A stretch of DNA of 64,000 nucleotides from positions 1,612,001 through 1,676,000 of the forward strand of contig CM068775.1 in assembly GCA_035084275.1 (NCBI GenBank), written 5' to 3'. Both the position numbers and the translations under genes were made by a program. The stretch comes from Hydrolagus colliei (lineage: Eukaryota). Under the pieces are notes generated by a model. It did not search any database and was not told where the DNA came from. It worked only from the letters and a program-made list of their open reading frames with translations. Within the stretch, counting starts at the first letter, position 1, and each line of letters starts with the position of its first letter. Shown here piece after piece: positions 22,262-32,819 of the stretch.

Positions 22262-25200
22262 ACATAGAATCATAGAATCTTATGGCACAAAAGCATACGG
22301 CCCATCTAGTCTGTGCCAGCTCTTTGAAGTTAGCAACTCAATCCAACTCTCTGGCTCTCTCCCCATAACCGCGCAAACCCGTCCTCCCCAAATAAACATC
22401 TACCTCTCTTTTAAAAGAGGAGTGAGTAGGACTCTGTTATCAACTCTGTTATCGGCCTCCACCACCTTTCCTAGCAATGCATCCCAGATTTGAACAACTC
22501 GCTGAGTGAAACCAATTCTCTGCAGCTCTCCTCTGCTTTTAGAAACTATTTTAAATCTGTGACCTCGAGTCACTGGCACACCCCACAGTTTTCCCCTGTT
22601 TACCCTATTGAATTCCCTCATGATCTTTGAAACCTCTGTTAGGTCTCCTCATAACCTTTTCTGCTTCAATGAGAATAAACCTAGCATCTCTAGCCTTTCC
22701 TCATAACTGAAGTCCCTCATTCCTGGTACAATCCTGGTAAATCTCCTCTGCACCTTTTCCAATGCCTTAACATCCTTCCTAAAGTGTGGTGACAAGAATT
22801 GAACACAGAACCTGACCTGAGGCCTAACCAAAGTTTTACAGAGTTTAGTCAGAACTTGCTGAGTTTTGTACTCTATGCCTCTAATTATAAAGCCTTGTAT
22901 CCCATATGCTTTTTTAACAACCGTATCTACCTGTCCTGCCACTTTCAAACATTCACTTACCCAATAATAACAACAACAACACAATTACATTTCTAGAGTG
23001 CCTTTCACATCGGGAGGACATCCCAAGGCGCTGAACAATCAGGTCGGGAAATGAGCAGGTGGGCGGTCAGAGTAAAGGGAAGGGGAGGAGAGTAGGAGAG
23101 GGGGAAGAGGTAGGAGGTAAGGAGAAGGCTCATTCGAAGAGGAAGGTCCTGAGACTGGCCTTGAAGGAGGAAAGGGAGGAGGGGAGGCAAAGGGACTGCG
23201 GAATGGAGTTCCACAGTGTGGGAGCAGAGAGGCTGAAAGCCCGACCACCGATGTTAGGGTGGTTAAGGTGGTGGACGTGGAGCAGGCTAGAGCCTGCTGA
23301 ACGGAGGGGATGGGCAGGCTGATAGGGAGTCAGCAGGTCTGAGAGATAGGCAGCTGCAAGACTGAATGGCCTTGAAGGTGCTCAAGGTAGATAAGTCACC
23401 TGGTCTGGATGGGATGCATCCTAGGTTACTAAGGGAAGTACAGGTGCAAATAGCAAAACCCCCCAGGTCTCTTTATTCATTCACACCACTTAAAATTGTG
23501 TTATCTAGCCTATATTGCCTCCCCTCCTTTCTCCTCTCAAAATACATCACCTCACTTTCTCCACATTAAACTTCATCTGCCATGTGTCTGCCCATTTTAC
23601 CATTCTGTCTATATCTTCTTTCAGATGGCTACACTTCTCATCACTATTTATCCTAACTTTGTGTCACCTGTAAACTTGCAAATGGCCATATTACCAAGTC
23701 CAGATCATTAATATCAATTAAAGAGCAGTGGTCCCAATAGCGATCCTGGAAAATGCCACTGTACACTTCCCTCTAGTCTGAACAACAGCCATTCACCACA
23801 ACTCTGCTTTCTGTCTCCCAGCCAGTTCTGGATCCACGCTGCCACTGTCCTTTAACGCTGTGGGTTTCTATTTTCTTTATAAGCCTTTTATGTGGCACTT
23901 TGTGAAATGCCTTTTGAAAGTCCATATAAACTACTTCAACTGCACTACCCCCATCCACCCTTTCCGTTACCTCTCAAAAAAACCTCATATTTGTAAGACA
24001 AGATTTGCCTTTAACAAATCCATGTTGGCTGTCCTTTATTAACCAATATCTTTCTAAGTGAAGATCTAACTTGTCCCTGATTATAGTCTAGAAGTTTCCC
24101 CACTACCAAACGTTAGACTGACTGGCCTGTAGTTCCCAGGTTTGTCCTCCTGCTGCTTTTTGTGCATTGGAGTAACATTAGCAACCATCCAGTCCTCTGG
24201 CACCACCCCTGTGTCCAAGGAAGATTGCAACATTGTGGTCAGAGCCTGTGCTATTTGCACCCATACTTCCCTCATTAACCTAAGATGCATCCCGTCCAGG
24301 CCAGGTGACTTATCTATCTTGAGCACCGTCAGTCTTTTTAGTACCTCCTCTCTGTTGATACTTATCCCATCAATGTCCTCTACCCTCTCATCCGATACTG
24401 TGGCATTGGCTGCATCCTCTTCTTTTGTGAAGACAGATGCAAAGTAATCATTCTGTGCATCAGCCATGCCCTCTGCCTCCACAATAAGATTTCCTCCTTG
24501 GTCCCTAATTGGCCCCACTCTACCGTTGACTAACCTTTTATTCTTGACATGCTTGTAAAATACCTTAGGGTTCCCTGTAATCTTACCTGCTCATGATTTC
24601 TCGTATAGTCTTTTTGCCCCTCTAATTTCCTTTTTCAGTTCTCTCCTGCAACTTCCTATATTCTATTTGGTTGTCTTCTGTATTTTGGGCATTACATTTG
24701 TCATAAGCCTCCTTTTTTTGTTTTACTTTAGTCCCAATTTCTTTAGTCATCCCGGAAGGTTTAGATGCCCTACTTTTTCTCTTTGTGGAAATGTATTTGT
24801 TCTGTTCCCGAACTCTCTGCTCCTTGAAGGCATTCCACTGCTCCTTAGCTGTTTTACCTACCAATCTGTCTTTCCAGTCCACCTTGGCTAGGTCCCTTTT
24901 TAACTCACTGAAATTAGCCTTCTTCCCGTTGAGTAGCTTCACCTTTGATTGTCCCTTTCCATAAGTACTTTGAATCTAATGATGTTGTGATCACTATTGC
25001 CCAGATGCTCTCCTTCTGAAACCTGCTCCACTTGCTCCACTTTATTCCCCAGAGCTAGATCCACCACTGCTTCCTTCTTCATTGAGCTGGAAACATACTG
25101 ATCAAGAAAGTTATCCTGTACACATTTCAGGAATCCTTCTCCCTCCTTGCCCTTTACACTGTTACATCCTTAGAAAGGGATCCAAGAAGGCTGAAAAACA

Positions 25201-25760
25201 GAATGAGGAAGGAAGCAATGCTAGATCTAGTTCTGGGGAATGAAATGGGGCAAGTGGAGCAAGTTTCAGTCGGAGGGCATCTGGGCAATAGTGATCACAA
25301 CATCATTAGATACTCTTGCTTTTGCCAGTCTATGTTGGGATATTGAAGTCCCCCATTATGACTACTCTATTGGCTTTGCAGCTTTCTGAAATTTGCTTGC
25401 AGATCTGCTCGTCTATCTCCTTCCCACTATTTGGTGGTCTATAGAATAACAGTGTAACAGCTCCTTTTTTGTTCCTTAACTCTAACCAGATTGTGTGTTT
25501 AGGCCTTCTTGCGCCTCATCCCTTTCTAAGGCTGTAACTGTGTCTTCGATTAATATTGCCACTCCGCCTACATTTATTCCTTCTCTATCCCTCCTGAATA
25601 CATTATAGCCAGGTATGTTCAGTTCCCATTCCTGCCCTTGTTTGAGCCAGGTCTCCGTTACTGCTCGTCCATCATATCCCCTAGCAGCAACTTGAGCATG
25701 CTGACCAATCTTGCTTGCACTCCCAAGACAGCCTGTTCTGTATTTTACCCCCGTCTTATC
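22262..25760 (-). mobile_element. Degenerate long CR1 with a nested L2 (about 22970-23360) and a short inverted CR1 piece (about 23365-23455, +)
   Basis: catagaat tail at 22262. RT motifs DFQKAFHKVPH and NYRPVSL. EN motif VTETWLKQGQEWELNIPGY at about 25600-25660. Confidence 0.82.
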
Positions 25761-26735
25761 CCTCCTTTTTCTGGACCACTGCTTTTTACATTCCCATCCC
25801 CCCTCAAATGTGGCTCCATATTCTGTCTGAAATCATCCACGTTGAAGTCCAATTTAATCACCATATTAATCCAAATATAAATCCATCAATAGGTATCCAA
25901 GTATTGGTGTATGGTTTCCAGTTTGACATCCGAAAGTATCCATGTATTGTTATGCCATTCCCAGTTCGATATACAAGTACCATTGTATGTCTACAGTTAC
26001 TCCACTCAAAGTCTTGATCTTCCCATTCTTCTGAAGCTAGAACATGGATTTGTGAATCCAAGTTCCAGTTTATCCTTTCTCATACTTCTTTCTTGAATCA
26101 ATCTCTATCCAGTTCATTAGGTCACCTATCACTGATTGTCCTTTGCAAGATGGTTCCTGTGCAAAAGCAAATGCAACACAGCTCCCTCTCAAACTGCAGA
26201 CCATTTCTCCATGAGAAAATTATTGATGAGGACTGAAACACTTTGTTGTTGATAAACAATCTTTTGTTTCTTCTGCAAAGCTAATGATAACTAAGTCCTG
26301 TCACATACGATTGATTAGATATGTCTCATATATGTATATCTGCTAATATATTTGAGATATTATTTAACACATTAATTACAGAGAGAAGACAATTAAATAG
26401 GACATTGGAATAGTCTTGCCATGAGGTGATAAAGGCATGGACCAGGGTTGTGGCAGCTTTTGGAGTGAGATATTGGCGGAAACCAGCGATGTGTCGGAGA
26501 TGGAAGAAAGCGGTACTGGTGAGGGACTGGATGTGGAGGAGGAAGGATGTCAAACATGATGCCTAAGTTGCATATGGGTTTGGAGATGTTTGGCAGCATG
26601 TCAGGTCGGTGGAGGATATGAGAGCCATGGGATTCGACGAGAGCCAAAGAGTATGGCCTTCATGTTGGTAGCACATCCCAATTCCAACTTCTACATTGGT
26701 TTGTGTGAAATGAACTCTGTAATGTAAATTTACTA

Positions 26736-27771
26736 CAGTAAAAGTCTGTTTATCCATGACCTGATGAACCATAACTTCTGTATAACCAGCAACTCAAAAA
26801 AAATGTCCCCATTCGAATAACCAAATCTTATCTGGCACAATCTCGGTGGCGCATTTAATGAGTCGATTGTCGCACGGGAGTACAGTACAATTAGTTCTGA
26901 ATGCTCCTGGTAGTGGTACTTCCAGTATTTTTTTATTAAAGCCGCTGTCAGTTTTCCTTTCCTCTNNNNNNNNNNNNNNNNNNNNNNNNNNNNNNNNNNN
27001 NNNNNNNNNNNNNNNNNNNNNNNNNNNNNNNNNNNNNNNNNNNNNNNNNNNNNNNNNNNNNNNNNNNNNNNNNNNNNNNNNNNNNNNNNNNNNNNNNNNN
27101 NNNNNNNNNNNNNNNNNNNNNNNNNNNNNNNNNNNNNNNNNNNNNNNNNNNNNNNNNNNNNNNNNNNNNNNNNNNNNNNNNNNNNNNNNNNNNNNNNNNN
27201 NNNNNNNATTGCCTGTATAGGCTGACTGTATCATGGGTTTATACACTGTTTGGGTGGGCAGTTGAGTGGGAGAAGGAGAGAGGCTGGCAGAAAGAGGGGG
27301 TGAGAAAGAGAGGAGTGGGAGAGAGAGGTGGGGGAGAGGAGGTGAGAGAGGGAGGGGGTGTGAGTTGATTAATTTAGATGGATATAAGAGGAGAGCAGTG
27401 CGGTTGCGTTTGGAGCCAATGAGATGCCAGACTGCCTGAATGTGTATGTGAAAGAGAGAGAGGGGAGGAGGTAGAGAAAGAAAGAAAAAAAAGAGGAAAA
27501 ACCAACAGTACCACTTTAAGCCACTAGCATCCGCCATTGTAGAAGTTTGCTTTGTGATTGTGTGCTGTGTTTATAGACTGTAATCGATATTTATTGCTTA
27601 TTGGTCAGTATCTATACAATATTCTGTTACTATTTAGTCTATTATTAAGATGGTATGTTTAAAAAAAAGCTTATGATTTTTGTGTTGCATTTTTGGCAGC
27701 TGGCAGCCGGAATATCCGGCATTCCATTTAACCAGCATTGGCCAGGTCCCGAGGGTGCCGGGCCTTTACTG
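26736..27771 (-). mobile_element. Non-autonomous Tc1/mariner (pogo/Tigger-like) element spanning an N gap
   Basis: TA|CAGTAAA at 26734-26742 and TTTACTG|TA at 27765-27773. The paralogous empty site is at about 22050-22070. Confidence 0.7.
26966..27207. other. Assembly gap (others at 42775-42997, 56324-56699 and about 63457-63594)
   Basis: Runs of N. Two of the gaps fall at tandem-unit junctions next to microsatellites. Confidence 1.
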
Positions 27772-27870
27772 TATCTTGTTTTGCTTTTTGTTTACATGTG
27801 TTACAGTGTGTAATTGTCAGTTATTGCGATGCTCTGTTTCTTTCATTTTCTTCACATTGTTTGGATACAG

Positions 27871-28010
27871 TGAGCAGAGAACAGGTCTGGATCACTGTGG
27901 GAACAGCTCTGGGAAGCCTGGCCTGTGTTGGAGGAGTTTTTCTCATCTACAAGATATTGGTTTGTAAAGTAACATCCTGTCCATGTGGCTCCATATTCTA
28001 CCTGAACTAA
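27871..28010 (+). CDS. TM exon copy 2 (intact): SREQVWITVGTALGSLACVGGVFLIYKILVCK, then either donor AAA|gtaaca or read-through tail VTSCPCGSIFYLN*
   Basis: Acceptor tttggatacag|. Uncharged hydrophobic stretch followed by K. Splicing exons 1-4 to it gives a continuous 1218-nt frame (405 aa). The link to the V exons is inferred. Confidence 0.7.
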
Positions 28011-28865
28011 TCCACGTTGAAGGCGAGCAGTCAGACTTTGGGGAAATGAAGATGTGGCAAATGTAACTTGTCTTTTTACCAAGTTCCACACCGAACCTCC
28101 AAATGACAACTGATTAGTGACGAGACACATAAGAACATACAAATTAGGAGCAGGAGTAGGCCATTCGGCCCTTCAAGCTTGCTCCGCCATTCAATAAAAT
28201 CATGGCTGATCTTCTAATCTAACTCCACCTACCTGCCTTATCCCCATATCCCTTAATCCTTTTTTCCATAAGTGGACACAAAGTAAGGTTATCATAAGAG
28301 GAAACAAGCTGTAATTTAGAGGAGACACCTTACAAACAGTGTTGTAGTGTGGAATGCCTGGCTCTTCCAACAGTAGTGTTTACTGAGAATTAGACAAATA
28401 TGGGACAAAAATATTTAAGGTTTTGAGAAAATGCAGATTAATTGCATTATAGAGCTCCAGCAGGGAGCACGCAATAGCACAGACCCGATGGGGAAGAGAG
28501 CAGTAAATGGGGTTAGATTAGAGAGCTGCAAAGTGGAGCAAGCAGCAGCACAGACAGGACTCAAAGCTCTGTAGCATCATGGGGATGGATGTAAAGCAAG
28601 GCACCAGGGAGATTACCACAGAATTGGTCAAACGCGTGTGTCTTCAGTTGGAATTGAAAGATGTGCAAAGAGTGAGCAAGGCAGAGGGGCTGAGATAGGG
28701 ATTTGCAGAAGTTAGGAATGTAGTGGCTAAAAGTACCATCACAGACACAATGGTGAACGAGCAGAATAAAGTGATAATGGAGCTGAGGTGGGGGGGAGTG
28801 AGCACCAGCACAGACACGAGGGAGCAAATGATTTTCCACTTAGGCTGTCAATGTGTCTCAGATAC

Positions 28866-28917
28866 CCTGAGCGGGCAGCTCAGCTGGTGGTGCCTTGTCC
28901 CCAGCAGTCAAGGTAGT
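28866..28917 (-). pseudogene. IGHJ: IgH J segment (YLDCWGQGTTS*), with in-frame stop
   Basis: WGQGT motif. The upstream RSS on - has nonamer GGTTATTGC (28948-28956), a 23-bp spacer and heptamer CACTGTG (28918-28924). TGA follows GTTS and the donor is weak. Confidence 0.85.
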
Positions 28918-29323
28918 CACAGTGCTACAGTCAGTGTGCTGATCACTGCAATAACCTGCTGTGAGGGCCGGCCACACAAACACCTTATTATTGTAAATGG
29001 TGATTTCCCCAAACTAAATACCGGGAACCGTATAGTTCTGTAATGTTCTGAAAACAATTGCACAGCTCTGTGTTTAGCTGTTAAATGTTTGTATCTTTGC
29101 CAGTTTGCAATGTTCCTGTCAAACACCTTCACTTGTCACCCACAGATTCAAGATTATATTTTATGTTTTTATGTCGATTAAAATCTGGTAAAATCCTCAG
29201 TGTTAGGCCCCATTATAAACATATCAAATCTCCTCACGTTAATTGGAACCCACACACGCCAGCAGTGGGAGAGATTATCTGGTTTGGTGTTCAAGGGTTT
29301 TTGTATTGACAGTTAATGCTGTG

Positions 29324-29334
29324 AGCCCCGTATA
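29324..29334 (-). other. IGHD: IgH D segment (TATACGGGGCT) flanked by 12-type RSSs
   Basis: 3' RSS on -: CACAGCA (29317-29323), 12 bp, perfect ACAAAAACC (29296-29304). 5' RSS: CACTGTG (29335-29341), 11-12 bp, AGTATGTGT-like nonamer. Confidence 0.8.
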
Positions 29335-29546
29335 CACAGTGACACAGTCCCATACACATACTGACCTCAGTGTCTGCTCTATACTGGCTGCCAACATTCA
29401 CTGAAATGGACTATTTTCCTGTGGCATGGCACAGAGTCTGTCTAACACTTTCTTCATAGCCACAGAAACAGAAAACAAATATGTCCAACAGCTGGTAATA
29501 AGAGGATATTTGTGAACTGTCATCTAGTCAGTCTCCAATCGCAGTG

Positions 29547-29563
29547 CTTCCCGCCTCAAACAG
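29547..29563 (-). other. Candidate upstream IgH D segment (D1) with degenerate RSSs
   Basis: CTGTTTGAGGCGGGAAG lies between CACTGTG (29564-29570) and CACTGCG (29540-29546). Nonamers are poor; the best 3' nonamer ACAAATATC is 26 bp away. The position fits a V-D1-D2-J layout. Confidence 0.4.
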
Positions 29564-29811
29564 CACAGTGTCACATACCAGCTGAAATCACAGAATATTA
29601 CAGCACAAATAAGCAGCTCATTCACCCCCCATCAAACCACCGTTCACTGTATTGGTTTGGAATGATAAGGAATCCATTCTAAGCTTTTCCTTTAATCTTT
29701 GCTACAGACACAGCATTGACACCATAACTGCCCTTCAGTTTAGGGTGGGAGGGGCTGCCTTTCCTCCCCTCATGTATTTGTAGGAGACCAGCCCAGTTGC
29801 CTCTCACTGCG

Positions 29812-30123
29812 AGTCACTTGCACAGTAAGAGATGGCGGTGTTGTGAACTGTTGGGCTTTTGATGTTCAGATCGATGATGTTATTGGAATTATTACTGTTA
29901 ACAGTGACACGGCTTTGAATGTCAGGTGTGTAACGACTGTTGGACGCAGATGTGTACGAAATGTAGAGCAGCCATTCCTGCCACTTCCCAGGAACCTGCC
30001 AGACCCAGTTCATGCCATATTTGCTGAGATCAAACCCGCTGGTTCTACAGGTGAGTCTCAGGGCCTGGCCAGGCTTCCCGGTTAGAGACGATGGCTGTGT
30101 CAGCACCACATCGGCCTGGACAC
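29812..30123 (-). pseudogene. IGHV: IgM-like VH exon, open frame but degenerate, with leader disrupted
   Basis: [38 protein letters not shown]: CGCAGTG (29805-29811), 23 bp, ACAAATACA (29773-29781). Non-canonical GKWQEW and HNTAISYC. Confidence 0.9.
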
Positions 30124-30248
30124 CTGTAAAGAACAAATGACCGAAGATTAATTATTGTGAGATATCCCGGCTCTGTGACATTGCAGAGAGAATCACAGCC
30201 ACACACACACACACACAGTCAGACTTGTCCCAATAATAGAGCTCACGG

Positions 30249-30915
30249 TGTGAAACTGGTTCGTTTCAGTACCTTGGTTGGTGGTTCTGTTCACAAATAT
30301 GTGACTCGGGTGTGTAGTTCAACAACGTTTATTAAGCGTTTGCAAAGCGGTGTACACCTTAGGTACAGACTCTCGTCCGTCTACTCCAAGTGCACACACA
30401 GAGCAACCTTTACATGGGTAGTTATATATTTTTCGCCACATGACTCATGCCGGGCTATAAACAACATGGTCTTGCAACTGCATCATAAAAACATCGTAGC
30501 CTTGTAGTCAATGAGACATAAGCCAGCTATAGCGTACAATAATAAGATATGCCTAGAGCTTTCTAATAACAAGATAGGCCTCGAAGCCTGGAGCTTACAA
30601 TAACATCATAACCTTGTAGTAAAATATGATAAACAATAATATCATAGCCTTGTAGTAAAATATGATAAACAAGCCTAGAGCTTTCTATGCAACAACAAGG
30701 CAGTATAGGCGTCAGTTTACACAAACAACCGAACAATGGTATGTCCGCCAGACACAATAACACAAAACCATGGTATGTCTTAAAAGTCATAACATCGCTC
30801 CTGTTTTCCTCTTATTGCTAAACAGGCTCATGAGTCCTGACCAAAGGTTAAGGAAAGCATAGTGCAGGTTTACAGATAACTAGTATGTGTACAAGTCAGA
30901 CGAGCTGACTTCTCA
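30249..30915 (-). mobile_element. Solo LTR (667 bp) inserted at the VH leader donor
   Basis: Starts TGTGAA and ends TTCTCA. 4-bp TSD ACGG (30245-30248) / ACGC (30916-30919). Empty site in the paralogue at about 43597-43602. AATAAA on - at 30328-30333 and an internal repeat of about 35 bp at 30600-30670. Confidence 0.85.
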
Positions 30916-30916
30916 A

Positions 30917-30963
30917 CGCGAGAAGACAGCCAGCAACAGACTGAGAGATATCAGGGACCTCAT
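30917..30963 (-). pseudogene. IGHV: VH leader exon (MRSLISLSLLLAVFS), separated from its donor by the LTR
   Basis: ATG at 30963, near-identical to the leader at 43600-43645. TATA-like TTAAATA on - at 31059-31065. No ATGCAAAT octamer seen within about 300 bp. Confidence 0.85.
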
Positions 30964-31597
30964 GTTTCTGGGCAATTGTCAGAACTGACCCTTGAGCCCA
31001 ATAACCGAGGGACAAAGATCTGCCGGATGGACAGATGGCCTCAGTCCCCAGTGACCGCTATTTAACAAGGGGCAGTGGGGCCAGGTGTTTGGAGAATGGA
31101 CCAACAGCTACAGGACTGAGGGGAGTCACGCCTCACATTCCCTCTGACCTGCACAGATCAATAATTGTGCCCTTTACATTCGGCATTGACAGCAACTTCA
31201 TTTTTGAATATGAATTCAAATTCATAAGTGTCAATGGTATTAGCCCCAGCACTGACCCTGAAGCCTTGTGGATTGTTTTGTTTAACGTATGTGTGTGTAT
31301 GTGTTTGTGTGTATTTCTATGCTAGTGAGTGACTGTGTGTGTGTCTATGCTTGTGTCTTTGTGTAGTAGAGCAATAAGTCCAACACATATCTGCGGGAAC
31401 ACAATTTCACTGAGCTACTGTTAAAGTTAAGTAGATGTTGGAAGCAGATTGTTTCACCAAATCAATGAGATATATTGATTGTGTGATACAGTATATTGTT
31501 TAGGACATGGCATGTGTGTGTGACAGCCAGGATGGTGGAAGGCAATCCAGATGGACCGTGGTATTTTGACGTGCTGCAATTCTTATTCTTATAAACC

Positions 31598-31987
31598 TGA
31601 TCTTATAAACCTAATAGAGGTTTATAAGATCATGAGGGGTTTCGACAGGGCAAATAGAGAAAAACGATTTCCACTCGTGGGTGAATCTGTGACTCGTGGT
31701 CACAGATTTAAAATAGTTTCAAGGCGCAGTAGAGGGGAGCTGAGGAGAAATGTTTTCACTCAGCGAGTTGTTCGAATCTGGAATGCATTGCCTGAAAAGG
31801 TGGTGGAGGCTGATTCGATAACAACTTTTAAAAGGGAATTAGATCTTTATTTAGGAAGAACGGGTCTATTAGGCTATGGGGAGCGGGCAGGGCAATGGGA
31901 TTGAATCGCTCTTTTCAAAGAGCCGGCACAGACTAGATGGGCCGAATGGCCTCCTTTTGTGCCGTAAAATTCTATGATTCTATGATT
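31598..31987 (+). mobile_element. Short 5'-truncated CR1 with an inverted 5' junction
   Basis: LIEVYKIMRGFDR..GQWD and a ttctatga tail. 15-bp inverted repeat at 31598-31612 / 31618-31632. Confidence 0.9.
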
Positions 31988-32819
31988 TATAATAATAATT
32001 GTTAATATCATAAACCTTGCATTTGAAACAATACCTCATTACATTGATGAATTATCTCAAGGAACATCACAGAATGAATTGTAAAGGTAGTGACTGTGTA
32101 TTTTGTGAGCAATAATTAATATTGTGACTTAATTAAAATATGTATTATTTCCTGTGGTTTAGCGATGTTCTGATCTGTAGATTATCCCCTGTTTACTGCT
32201 CTTGCAATCCTGATTTCACATCACATATGGGAATGAAGGTGTGAATCCTCTTGTTACCTCTACTGGCATTTTTATGTGGATATATTAAAGTTAAAAAAAT
32301 TATAATTGTATGATTTTTTAATATTTATATTAAAATAAACTTGTTATGTTCCTGGCAATTTTAATCTTGTTGTTTCTATTTGATCACTTCTCAATGTGTT
32401 TTCCATTTACTCCTACTTCACTCTCTGTTCTCTTACCATTGAGGAGGTTTATCTTATTGTCTGTGTCAGTGTCAACCATGCCCACGATATTTATCTCTGG
32501 ATTGGAAGATAATGGGAATGAATTCAGCCTTCAGTCCACTTATAATAATAATCCTCTCTGTTCTCAGTCGCTGCATTTACTGTAATCACAAGCTTGATTG
32601 GTTATGAAATAGTGCAATGGTGGTGAACGGTTTGATGTGGCGGCTCATGATTTCAAGCCAGACATGAAATGTTCTCTTGGGGTGAGAAGCCAGGTGGGGA
32701 GGGCTGGTGGTGCAGTGGGAGCCCAGTGTAATGTCAGACCAGCCACACTCCTTCAGGACAAGGGGGAGAAGGAAACTGGGAAGAAATAACTTGAGGCTTG
32801 AATCAGAAATGGTTTCAGT

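Noticed and set aside
25858-26061. ORF MDSQIHVL...FIFGLIW as a possible IgH constant or other host exon
   Set aside because: Lacks the C1-set Cys/Trp pattern. It looks more like a decayed LINE (L1-like) remnant, though this is unconfirmed.
29600-29730. Additional heptamer-like words (CACTGTA at 29645, CACAGCA at about 29709) as a third D segment
   Set aside because: No nonamer at 12- or 23-bp spacing.
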